DNA of 64,000 nt from a virus (lineage: Duplodnaviria > Caudoviricetes): positions 1 to 64,000 of the IMG/VR virus record IMGVR_UViG_2886410390_000001, one strand, 5' to 3'. Both the position numbers and the translations under genes were made by a program. The stretch's first letter is position 1. Every line of letters begins with the position of its first letter. Below, piece by piece: positions 55,520 to 64,000 of the stretch. The notes under the pieces are model-generated. The model saw only the letters and a program-made list of their open reading frames with translations. It was not told the DNA's origin and did no database searches.

Positions 55520-55983
55520 GATCCCCCAGTTAACCTCGACCGATTCAAGTCACCCTAGATCAAATTTCCATAGTTCAAAAGCCAGTCGATCATGCCCCAC
55601 ACGCGCGTGACAGCCTGTCAGTCCTCGTTGTCGCTATCTGCCGCAGCCTCCGCTCGCTAGGCCGCGTCGGCGTTCTGCCGCTTCTTGACCACGTACTTGT
55701 AGATGGGCTAGGCGAAGGCGTCCGCGAGGGCTGATACCGGGGCAGCGCGCTCGCCCTTTGACTGGCGTGCGGGCTTCGTCTTCACCTTCACCTTCGCGAC
55801 GCCGCAGATGGTGGGCTTCACCATGCTGCGGCCCGTGTTCGTCTCGGCGAACGCCCACGCGCGCGTGCGTCCGCGGCTGTCCTCCTTCCCGAAGGTCTTC
55901 CACGCGCGGAGAACCTCCACCGACTTCTTCGCCAGGCGCAGGGCTCCGGGGGACTGGAGCGAGAGGGTCGCAAGCACGGACGC

Positions 55984-56229
55984 GTGGTCCAGCCCGTCCG
56001 CGCAGATTCGCCGTCCGCCCAAGAGCAGCAGCGCGACGCCGCATCTGCAGCGCTCATCGGGCGCGAGCTTGCGCGGAGGCGCGAGCTGCTCCTCGGGCTC
56101 ACTGCGCAGCATGCGCAGGTCGCGGGCGAAGTCCTCGCGGACGCGTCGACGGCGCAGTTGCTCCGGCGTCTGGGCTGGGGGACGGGCTCTCCGCACGTGG
56201 ACACCTCCACGCAGGAGAAGGGGCGGTGA
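55984..56229 (+). CDS. Small hypothetical protein
   Basis: 81 aa, helical. Confidence 0.45.
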   Translation: MVQPVRADSPSAQEQQRDAASAALIGRELARRRELLLGLTAQHAQVAGEVLADASTAQLLRRLGWGTGSPHVDTSTQEKGR

Positions 56230-56293
56230 TTTTGCTGGGACGCGCCGGGGACGAGCGGCCGCCACACTCAGAAACAAGAAAGAGAGGGGGCCA

Positions 56294-56542
56294 ATGATGC
56301 TCTCCAGAGGGATACAAGCCATGAACACCAAAGAAGAAATTACGATTGGATTTACATTGCAGCACACCGTTTCAACGGACACGGGCGACGGCTTCATCCG
56401 AGGCGTCGAACGTTGGTTGAACCCGTCCACCTTCGAGTGGCTGGAGTTCGACCTGAGCAAGCGACGCCGCTTCCGACGAATCATCGCGGACGCAACGACA
56501 CTTGGTCCGTGGGAGAGACTTGTTTCTCTTGAACAGGAGTGA
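56294..56542 (+). CDS. Small hypothetical protein
   Basis: AGAGGGGG RBS; 82 aa. Confidence 0.55.
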   Translation: MMLSRGIQAMNTKEEITIGFTLQHTVSTDTGDGFIRGVERWLNPSTFEWLEFDLSKRRRFRRIIADATTLGPWERLVSLEQE

Positions 56543-56832
56543 TGCGTTAGCACGGTGAGACCGCGAAGCCCTGCACCTCGTGCTCGGGGTGGGCGTCCTG
56601 GTAGGCCATTGCGCTGGCGGAATTCCCAGCCCGGCCTCCACAGGTGGCGCAGCGGCAGACGTAGCAGCCGCCGGCGCTGAGTGGCTCGGCGAAGTCCGGC
56701 TGGAGGACCATCAGGTCCAGCGGACCGGAGTGATGAGCGGCGGGGCAGGCCGGACCCGCTGCCCGACACGTGGCCTCACGCGCTACCATCAGGTGGTGCC
56801 GTGCCGGAAGCGGCACGTGGAGGGGGAGTCCC

Positions 56833-57480
56833 ATGTTCTTCAGGAAGCGTGAGCAGCAGCCTGAGCCTGTGGCCACGCGTACCGGGCGCCGTCCGGGCCA
56901 GAGCGCACGGGAGAAGCAGCAGGAGCTGGCGGACGCTGCGCCCATCAAGACGTTCTTCACGCGCCTCTTCGACATCCACACCGACGAGCGGGCGTGGCGG
57001 CTCGGCGCGGACGGTGAGGAGCGCGTGGGGGGGCTGCTTGAGCAGCTCCGGCCCCACGGCTGGCACGTCGAGCATGACGTCCGAGTTGGGCGCCGTGGCG
57101 CGAACTTGGACCACCTGGTCATCGGCCCGCCCGGCGTCTTCGTCGTCAACACGAAGGCGTTGACCGGGAAGGTGTGGGTGGGCGGGGACAACGTCATGGT
57201 GGACGGGCGCCGCAGAGACTACGTGGAGAAGCTGGAGGCGGAGGCCCAGCGCGTCCGCGAATGCCTCCTGGGGGCCACGCGTCGACGGACGTTGTGGGTG
57301 CAGGGGCTGCTCGTCCTCGCCCACCGACAGCCCGTCGTGAAGCAGCAACCCCGCCACGTGGCCGTCCTCCACCACTGCGAGGTGGTGCCCGGCCTTCTGC
57401 AGCAGCCGGTGAAGCTCGGCCTGGAGGAGGTGGCCGAGCTCGTCGAGGCTACGCGGCGCGAAGCGACGTGGGCCGAGTGA
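56833..57480 (+). CDS. NERD (nuclease-related domain) protein
   Basis: GADGEERV, HDV, NLDHLVIGPPGVFVVNTK. Confidence 0.9.
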   Translation: MFFRKREQQPEPVATRTGRRPGQSAREKQQELADAAPIKTFFTRLFDIHTDERAWRLGADGEERVGGLLEQLRPHGWHVEHDVRVGRRGANLDHLVIGPPGVFVVNTKALTGKVWVGGDNVMVDGRRRDYVEKLEAEAQRVRECLLGATRRRTLWVQGLLVLAHRQPVVKQQPRHVAVLHHCEVVPGLLQQPVKLGLEEVAELVEATRREATWAE

Positions 57481-57513
57481 CGCAGGGGAAGGGGCGCCCC
57501 GGCTCAGCGGAAA

Positions 57514-58368
57514 CTACCAGCTATTGCGCATCGCCTCCCGTCGGGCTTCGTCGCGACGGGCGTCCTCGCGCTGCTGCCGGCGCCGCTCCTCCTGGCGAGC
57601 CTCCTCGCGTCGCGCGTCCTCGCGCTGCTGGCGACGGGCCTCTTCCTGGCGCTGTGCCTCCTTGCCCCAATTGACTTCACGCCAGATGGCAGCTTCGCCG
57701 CGCTCCTTCGTCGGGGAGGGCGGCGAGGCGGGGGACTCGCTGGTGTCCTCCGCGGAAGCTGCGCGCTGCCGCGAGGCCGCCTCGTGGAGGGTGACGTTGT
57801 CGATGCAGACGCCGCTCACGCAGGTGTTGCCGATGTAGCAGGGCGCCTGCGGGCCGCACGCCTCGCCCACGTCGCGGTAGTGGGTGACGGGAGCCGCGCA
57901 CCGGCCCGCGGTGCAGGTGAGGCCGAGGCAGCATGCCTCCGAGCCTCCGCACGCGGCGCCGGCAGAGCCGCACGTGCGAGCACCGGCGGCGGAAGGATGG
58001 ACGCACGCGCCTTCACGGCACACGAGTCCCTCGCAGCAGGACGCGCCGGCACCGCATGGCGAGTCCATGGGGACGCACGAGGAGGAGGCAGTGCAGACCC
58101 CCGTGGGGAAAGGGGAGTTGGGGTTTCCACCCGCGCAGGTGAAGCCCGGACAGCAGGTGGCGGAGGTGTCGCAACGTCCACCTCCACGGCTGCAGAAGAG
58201 GCCAGTGCCAGGTGCGGAGCGGCACACGCCCTGAGAACAGGCATTCGCCGATGAGCAGCAGTCTGCGTTGGTGGAGCACGGCCCGGAGCTGTTGCTGCAC
58301 TGGGGTGGATTGGCGAAGGCTGGGAGGGAGGAGAGGAGAAGGGCGAGAAGGATGGCAGGGCGGGACAT
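57514..58368 (-). CDS. Secreted protein with knottin-like Cys repeats and a charged E/R tail
   Basis: Signal ending AFA; four C-x6-C-x5-CC-x4/5-C-..C units plus a fifth lacking the CC; C-terminal EARR repeats. Confidence 0.85.
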   Translation of the reverse strand: MSRPAILLALLLSSLPAFANPPQCSNSSGPCSTNADCCSSANACSQGVCRSAPGTGLFCSRGGGRCDTSATCCPGFTCAGGNPNSPFPTGVCTASSSCVPMDSPCGAGASCCEGLVCREGACVHPSAAGARTCGSAGAACGGSEACCLGLTCTAGRCAAPVTHYRDVGEACGPQAPCYIGNTCVSGVCIDNVTLHEAASRQRAASAEDTSESPASPPSPTKERGEAAIWREVNWGKEAQRQEEARRQQREDARREEARQEERRRQQREDARRDEARREAMRNSW

Positions 58369-58513
58369 GGTGACTCCGTGCAAGAGATGCCCGTGAGGGG
58401 CAGAGAGAGGCCAGAGGCGGGTGGGTAGACCGGCGGCCTGCGTGCCCCTGGATGAAGGATGCGAGTCTCGGGAGTGGACGGCGCCGCGCAGGCGCAGCCC
58501 CGCCGCAAACTCC

Positions 58514-59665
58514 TCAGAACCCGCAGGTGTGCGTGTTGGAAGCCGCGTAGTACCGGCAGTCGCTCGGCCTCGCGCAGAGCGGCGAGCACTGGTTGTTGCT
58601 GCCGGCAGGCAGGGAGCAGGTGTTGCAGAAGCACCCCGTCTGGTGGCCGAACGAGGTGACAAAGGTAGAGCAGAGGCCCGCCGACGAGCCGGTGCTGGCG
58701 ACGCAGTTGTTGGCCAGCAGGATGCCCAGGCTTTCAGCGCACGCGAAGTGCACTTTGGGCGTGGGGACGCTCGCGCCGTCGGCGGACGCACACACGCCGT
58801 TGGCGTCGATGCTCCCGCAGGTGCAGGCACCGTTGCCCGCGGAGTCGATGGTGCGGCACTTCCCCGCGCCACAGGCCATGGCGACGATGCCCTGCTGCGC
58901 GTCGCACCTCACCCAGGTGTCACTGGCGCAGTAGCCGTACTGGCTCACCCCTTGGCAGGCGCCACCGATTTTGATGCACGTCTCGCCGGCTTGGTCCGGC
59001 ACGTAGCCCGGGTTGCAGCCGCAGGTGTCAGCCTTGGCGGTGCACGTGGAGTTGGACGGGCACGTGCCACAGGTGCCACCGCAGCTGTCCGGGCCGCACA
59101 CCTTGCCCTGGCACTGAGGGACACAGACGCACGCGCCGGCGGCGTTGCAAGTGGTGCCCGAGCGGCACGTGCCACAGGTGCCACCGCACCCGTCCAAGCC
59201 GCACTGGCGGCCGTCGCAGCGAGGCACGCACACGCACCGCCCGGACTGGCAGGCCTGCCCCGAGCCGCAGGTGCCGCACGAACCGCCGCACCCGTCATCT
59301 CCGCACGTCTTGCCGGTGCAGGAGGGCGTGCACGTGGCCATGCACTGCCCCGTAGACGTGCACACGCTGCCACCGGAGCAGGAGCCGCAGGTGCCCCCGC
59401 AGCCGTCCGCACCGCACTGCCGGCCCGCGCAGTTGGGCGTACAGGTGCTGGCGTCGCCCGGCCCGGTGCCGGCATCCGCGCGAGTGCCGGCGTCCCCAGG
59501 GCTGCCTCCGTCCACGGTGGAGGTGCCCCCGTCCCGGGCCACCGCGGGCCGCTGCTCCTCCTCGTCGACTTCGCCGTCCGTCGGGCCGCACCCCACCACG
59601 GCCGAGGCGGCGAGCAGCGTCAATAGGAAGAAGCGGAGGCGGGCGCTACGAGGGCGGGGCGGCAT
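58514..59665 (-). CDS. Cys-rich repeat lipoprotein (myxobacterial type)
   Basis: Lipobox VVG-C; four C.P.C.G..CG.D.CGG.CG.C repeats. Confidence 0.88.
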   Translation of the reverse strand: MPPRPRSARLRFFLLTLLAASAVVGCGPTDGEVDEEEQRPAVARDGGTSTVDGGSPGDAGTRADAGTGPGDASTCTPNCAGRQCGADGCGGTCGSCSGGSVCTSTGQCMATCTPSCTGKTCGDDGCGGSCGTCGSGQACQSGRCVCVPRCDGRQCGLDGCGGTCGTCRSGTTCNAAGACVCVPQCQGKVCGPDSCGGTCGTCPSNSTCTAKADTCGCNPGYVPDQAGETCIKIGGACQGVSQYGYCASDTWVRCDAQQGIVAMACGAGKCRTIDSAGNGACTCGSIDANGVCASADGASVPTPKVHFACAESLGILLANNCVASTGSSAGLCSTFVTSFGHQTGCFCNTCSLPAGSNNQCSPLCARPSDCRYYAASNTHTCGF

Positions 59666-60113
59666 GGGCGTGTCCTTTCAGGGCCGCAGGCGCGGCCGGG
59701 CGGGGAGATATCGGACGCCGCCCGTAGCAAGCAGGAGGCCGTGGGCGCTGGACATGTCGCCAGAGGATGGCGGCCCTGCCATGGCGGCCGAGCCCGTCCA
59801 CCACCCGGGACGGGCGTCCTGGCCCGAGATGCCGCTCTGGAAGCAGGAGGGGCGGGTGCGCAGCAAAGCACGCCGATGACTCGTGCCTATGGCGACCCGT
59901 AGCCGAGCTGTGTTAGCCCCTCGCCGACGCAGCCAGTGACGAGCTTGCTGAGGCCGCTCGCCAGAGTCCACGCGGTCTCATCGCTGTTGCGCGCGGTGCC
60001 ACGGCCGCGATCGTGGTACCGCGCGCGAGACTGCGGAGAGCGTCACCCACTGCAATTCCGGGTTGCGTTTGACCTAGCGGACAACTCCTTCACGGAGAGG
60101 GTATCGTTCCGAC

Positions 60114-60377
60114 ATGGTCATATGTTGCGCTGAACCGACGGGGGCGCTTTCGTACAAAGGCGCATATTGCCGATGCTGTGGTGAGAAGTTTAAGGATGAA
60201 TCCATCGCCTATTGCGACCGTGGTGAAGGCAACCCGTGCTCGTTTTGCGGCCGCCGTAGCTGCGGTCCGCACTACTGCCCAGGTCGTGAAGGACCGACCC
60301 GTCGCTTCTGCGAAACCTGTGGTTCAAGATGCGCCTCTGGCGGGAAATGCCCGCAGGGGCACGGGTGCATTCCCTAG
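60114..60377 (+). CDS. Small, very Cys-rich putative metal-binding protein
   Basis: GGAGAGG upstream; CRCC, CSFC, CETC. Confidence 0.5.
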   Translation: MVICCAEPTGALSYKGAYCRCCGEKFKDESIAYCDRGEGNPCSFCGRRSCGPHYCPGREGPTRRFCETCGSRCASGGKCPQGHGCIP

Positions 60378-60451
60378 TCTGACTGCACTCAAAAGCCCAA
60401 AGGGCTTTCGGAATGGGCAGCAACCCACAATATTGATCCGCAGGGGACGCC

Positions 60452-61063
60452 ATGCCTCAGGACTATTTGAAGGGCCGCAACTACCTGAAGTGGATACGAG
60501 ACGGCGCAAAGAAGGCTGGCGAGAATGCATCTTCGGAGTCTGAGCGAATATTCTGCATGTCGCTTGATGCGAGCCTTGGTGAGCGGCTGAAGAATGCGAT
60601 TGCCCCAGGCGACAGGCGTGTGATTGAGCAATCAATATCGACGGCGGTTGTCGATGGACTCAAGGCCATTGGAAGGAGCTGGGTGGTAAGAAAGTCGTAT
60701 TCCCTTGAGCTTCCCCAGCTCTCCTTGGGAAAGAAGGAGATAGATATTGCGATCGAAAGCAACGGCAGGCTCTATCTGATCGAGCAAAAGACAATTCTTA
60801 ACTTCAACTCCCTTGGGGAGGTGGCATTTGAGGGGTGGTGCATAAAGAGGGGACTCCGTTGGCAGCGTGGCCCATACCGATTTGTGGGCCTCTTTCATCA
60901 CATGTACAGCGTGAATGAGCAGAAGATCCTCGACTTGGCTGAGGAGGCGCGGCAAGACGGATTGTTGGATGCGGTGTTCGTGCTTAGAGCGGAAGAGGGC
61001 CGTCAAGGTGCGGTTTTTAAGTCTCTGATCACAGACATCAAGACGTTTTTCCAGCAGGGCTAG
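60452..61063 (+). CDS. PD-(D/E)xK nuclease / restriction endonuclease-like protein
   Basis: EIDIAI...LIEQK; low GC. Confidence 0.7.
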   Translation: MPQDYLKGRNYLKWIRDGAKKAGENASSESERIFCMSLDASLGERLKNAIAPGDRRVIEQSISTAVVDGLKAIGRSWVVRKSYSLELPQLSLGKKEIDIAIESNGRLYLIEQKTILNFNSLGEVAFEGWCIKRGLRWQRGPYRFVGLFHHMYSVNEQKILDLAEEARQDGLLDAVFVLRAEEGRQGAVFKSLITDIKTFFQQG

Positions 61064-61295
61064 CGCGGCGATGCATAATACAGAACCCCGTGCTCTTGCG
61101 GCATGTGAATCCGGTGTTACCGGTCACGGCCGATACCTCCTTCTTGGGAATGACTCTGACGTCCGGGCCGTCCGGCAGGCGAGACGGGGGTTCAATCTTC
61201 GGACGATGGCGCTGGTGTAACCTACTGATCAGAAACGTCCAGGCGTTGGCGGTCCGCCTGCAGCGCCTCCCGGAAACCTCAACCGGGAGCACCCC

Positions 61296-62168
61296 GTGGA
61301 CCCCATTCGCAGCACCACGCAGACGCCGGCCTGTTTCCCTGAAGGCACCACCTCCCTGGAGGGCTCGACGGCCACGTCGTCGGTGATGCCCGCCAGCTCC
61401 GCCACCACCAGCCGTCCGGAGACGGGCGGCGGTAACCAGGTGGAGGAGTACGTTTGCCGCTTCCCGGTGTCGTACGCCCCGCCGCCCCCGGCCGCTTCCT
61501 CCGGGCCGAGCTTCTCCGCAGCGACGCTGGCCCTGCTGGGCGGCACTCCGCCAGCGGCCGCTCCGGCCGGGAGCTTTGCCCGCGCGGACGGCACGCCCTT
61601 CCCGACGTCCATGGACGGGACGCCCATGTACAAGCAGTCGGACGCGGAGTGGGGAGAGTCCCGCCTGGGCGCCTCCGCCACGGCGCCCACCCTGGCCAGC
61701 CGCGGGTGTGCCGTCACCTCCATGGCCATGGCGCTGTCGAAGCTGTCCGGGGAGACGCTCACCCCGGGAGCGCTGGATGCGCACCTGGATGCGAGCGCAG
61801 GGTACGTGGGCAGCGCTCTCGTGTGGGGCACCGCAGGGACTGCCACCGAGAAACCCGTCGCCGTGGAGAAGACGACGACCTGGAGCCTCGACAAGGTGAC
61901 GAAGGAGCTGGAGTCGGGCCGGCCCGTAGTCCTGGGCGTCGACTACAAGGAGGGCGGCAGCGGCGGCACACTCGGGACGGACCACTGGGTCTGCCTGACG
62001 AGGAAGGAGGGCAACCTCTTCTTCGCGAACGACCCGGCCACGGGGGACGAGGTTCGCTTCAAGGTGGAGGGCGGCGCCCTCAAGCAGGTGCCGAAGTCGA
62101 CGGAGTCCATTCAGGGCTACAAGTCCTCGGGCGAGTTCACCACCTTCCAGCCAGTGGGTGCGGCGTGA
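61296..62168 (+). CDS. C39-like papain-fold peptidase with a low-complexity N-terminus
   Basis: YKQSD.EW, GCAVTSMAMAL, PVVLGV, DHWV, NDP. Confidence 0.85.
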   Translation: MDPIRSTTQTPACFPEGTTSLEGSTATSSVMPASSATTSRPETGGGNQVEEYVCRFPVSYAPPPPAASSGPSFSAATLALLGGTPPAAAPAGSFARADGTPFPTSMDGTPMYKQSDAEWGESRLGASATAPTLASRGCAVTSMAMALSKLSGETLTPGALDAHLDASAGYVGSALVWGTAGTATEKPVAVEKTTTWSLDKVTKELESGRPVVLGVDYKEGGSGGTLGTDHWVCLTRKEGNLFFANDPATGDEVRFKVEGGALKQVPKSTESIQGYKSSGEFTTFQPVGAA

Positions 62169-63112
62169 GACCCGCGTCCATGCTGCTCCCGGCGCGACGG
62201 TGGGCGGTGCTCGCGGCGGCGGTGTGCCTGCTTGCGGCCACGCGTGCCGGCGCGCAGCCGGTGCGGTGCAATGCCGAGGTGGACCAGGCTCTCGCACGCG
62301 CTAATGGCGCGCCGCAGAAGGACGTCGCCGCCGAGTTGGACAAGGCCCTGGCCGTGCTCGACAAGGCTGTGGGTGACGATGAGTCCGCCGAATGCCACCG
62401 ACTCCTGGGATTCGCGCTCAAGTGGCGAGCGCACGTGGGAAGGCTGCCGGAAGGCGCCCAGCGAGGCCTCCTCCGCTTCGCGCTCACCCAGCTCGAGCTG
62501 GCCATCGAGAAGGACCCGGGCGACGTGCGCGCGTGGGAGCTCAAGGCGGAGGTCGAGGAGGAACTCGGGCTCTACCTGGAGGGTGCGGGCACCTACAACG
62601 CGCTGGCATGGGCGCGGCCGAAGCACCCCTTCGCCCGCGGCGCGCGCGTGCGGCTGCTGGTGAAGGCCGGGAAGTTGGAAGAGGCCCTCGCTGCCGCGCG
62701 CGAGTGGGTGGCCGCGCAGCCGAACGACTGGGAGGCGCACCTCGGGCTCGGACTTCGCCTGGAGGCCCTCGGTCAGACGGAGGAGGCGATTGCCGCGTAC
62801 TCGCGCGCCACCGCGCTCGACGAGGGCATCGACACCGCGCCTCTCGCCTTGGGCGCGCTGCTCGCGCGGCTGGGCCGGTGGAAGGAAGCCGAGGCGGCCT
62901 TCGAGAAGGTGGCCGCCGTCGAGTACCTCCTCGGCTGGTACAGCCAGGGCGTGTGCCGGGTGAAGCAGGGGGACGCGAAGGGTGCACGCGCCTGGGTGAC
63001 GAAGCTGGGGAGCGAGGATGGTGGTGGGGCGCTCGCCCGTCGACTGAAAGCGCTCATCAAGTCACCGGGCACCTCGCCCGTGCTGGGACTGCCCGCGTAT
63101 GCGGAGCCGTGA
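62165..63112 (+). CDS. Exported TPR-repeat protein
   Basis: GTGA overlap with the peptidase; signal ending AGA; several TPR helix pairs. Confidence 0.85.
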   Translation: MRPASMLLPARRWAVLAAAVCLLAATRAGAQPVRCNAEVDQALARANGAPQKDVAAELDKALAVLDKAVGDDESAECHRLLGFALKWRAHVGRLPEGAQRGLLRFALTQLELAIEKDPGDVRAWELKAEVEEELGLYLEGAGTYNALAWARPKHPFARGARVRLLVKAGKLEEALAAAREWVAAQPNDWEAHLGLGLRLEALGQTEEAIAAYSRATALDEGIDTAPLALGALLARLGRWKEAEAAFEKVAAVEYLLGWYSQGVCRVKQGDAKGARAWVTKLGSEDGGGALARRLKALIKSPGTSPVLGLPAYAEP

Positions 63113-63296
63113 TGCCCCGACTACGGCTATCGCTTCGGCACCACCAGTTGCGTGACGCCCGGGCCCACCCAGCGCCACCCGCTCCGTGTTGGTCATGCGA
63201 CCGGCGCAGGGCAGGAGGCGTGCCGAGCATCCATCAACGCCGGGCCCTCTGGCGGCGCCACGCACCTCCGCGTACGCTTCTGGGATAACGCGGGGG

Positions 63297-63836
63297 ATGT
63301 CAATTATGGCAGTGTCGAAGCAGGGTATTTGCGGAACGCACATCGCTGTCGCGCTGATGGTGCTCTTCTTTCCGAGGATTTCGCGAGGGGATGAGCCTCG
63401 GCGACCTGACTTTTACATCGTGTTCCGCGACTGCCAGTCTATTGGTGTGGGGCCAAGCGGCGGCAGCGTGAAGACCATGGATGCTCCAGAGAGCTCCCTT
63501 GCATGCTGGCGACGCTCTGAAAAAGTCCCCTGCATCATGACGAGCGGCGAGGAGCAAAAGGAAATCATATTCACTGTAGATGCTGACATTCCGCCGCTCT
63601 TGACGCTAGTTCAGGGCGAGCATGCGGGAGATTTTGTAGCTGTCGATACTGTGCAGCACACTGCGACCCTTCTTACTCGGGTACTTCTGGGGGGCAGTGG
63701 CGTCGTTGCAAAGGTTTGCTCTGGCGTGTTCGCCACGGCATTCGAGGTTGACCAGATAAAGTTCGAGCAGGAGACGCCAGCGCCGAAGAGTGAGAAGCGT
63801 ACCAAGTCCACTGTTCGACGGACGCAGGCCCAGTGA
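63297..63836 (+). CDS. Secreted hypothetical protein
   Basis: Signal-like N-terminus; lower GC; four Cys in the predicted mature part. Confidence 0.65.
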   Translation: MSIMAVSKQGICGTHIAVALMVLFFPRISRGDEPRRPDFYIVFRDCQSIGVGPSGGSVKTMDAPESSLACWRRSEKVPCIMTSGEEQKEIIFTVDADIPPLLTLVQGEHAGDFVAVDTVQHTATLLTRVLLGGSGVVAKVCSGVFATAFEVDQIKFEQETPAPKSEKRTKSTVRRTQAQ

Positions 63837-64000
63837 GGCTTGGAGGGGCGGGTCACACAGCGCCCAGGGGGCGGAAGTCCGCTCAGGGGCCGCCGGTCTG
63901 AGAAGAGGCATTTCTCGGGCTCATCCCCCCGGCCACGCGGCGTACCAGCAGCTGCCCTGGCCATCACCGCGGAGCGCGACGGGCACCTGGTGGGCGTCCG

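Noticed and set aside
55650-55930. Possible degenerate minus-strand gene (...ALADAFA*PIYKYVVKKRQNADAA)
   Set aside because: Interrupted by a stop, with no clear start or family motif; cannot be supported.
50076-57480. UvrD and NERD as one nuclease-helicase system
   Set aside because: They are about 5 kb apart, on opposite strands and separated by unrelated genes; no linkage evidence.
57514-59460. CRISPR-like or non-coding repeat arrays
   Set aside because: The repeats are in-frame, degenerate at third positions and explained by Cys-rich protein repeats.
1-64000. tRNA, rRNA, integrase or att core
   Set aside because: None was recognisable by eye; the prophage right boundary therefore remains approximate.

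Overview
High-GC window, most likely from a myxobacterium (inferred from composition, the AHH/Imm11 pair and the Cys-rich repeat proteins). Positions ~1-49.2 kb hold most of a siphovirus-type prophage; its left end and integrase lie outside the window. The order is: a translationally coupled early operon (PP2C phosphatase, sigma-like and LexA-like regulators, DUF5131, ASCH, DUF1643, a repeat-expanded C5 DNA methyltransferase, a probable replication initiator containing a palindromic iteron array), then packaging and head genes, a tail module with a lambda-type tip (G/GT frameshift, tape measure, M, L, K, I, J, fibre), and an atypical lysis cassette. Several lower-GC morons interrupt the morphogenesis genes, including a KAP NTPase, membrane/coiled-coil proteins and a lipoprotein. 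Positions 49.3-64 kb are an accessory island: a deleted IS, a membrane-anchored UvrD-like helicase, an AHH/Imm11 pair, a portal and a methylase remnant, NERD, Cys-rich secreted proteins, a PD-(D/E)xK nuclease, a C39-like peptidase and a TPR protein. The most striking observation is that two different tail-tip proteins, the gpI homologue and the terminal fibre, each end in a related Hint (intein-like, BIL-type) autoprocessing domain of the form Gly-linker-CPAPW...LSHN-x-K. This suggests a self-cleaving or self-ligating tail-tip maturation system. All family assignments come from motifs read by eye; no database search was run.
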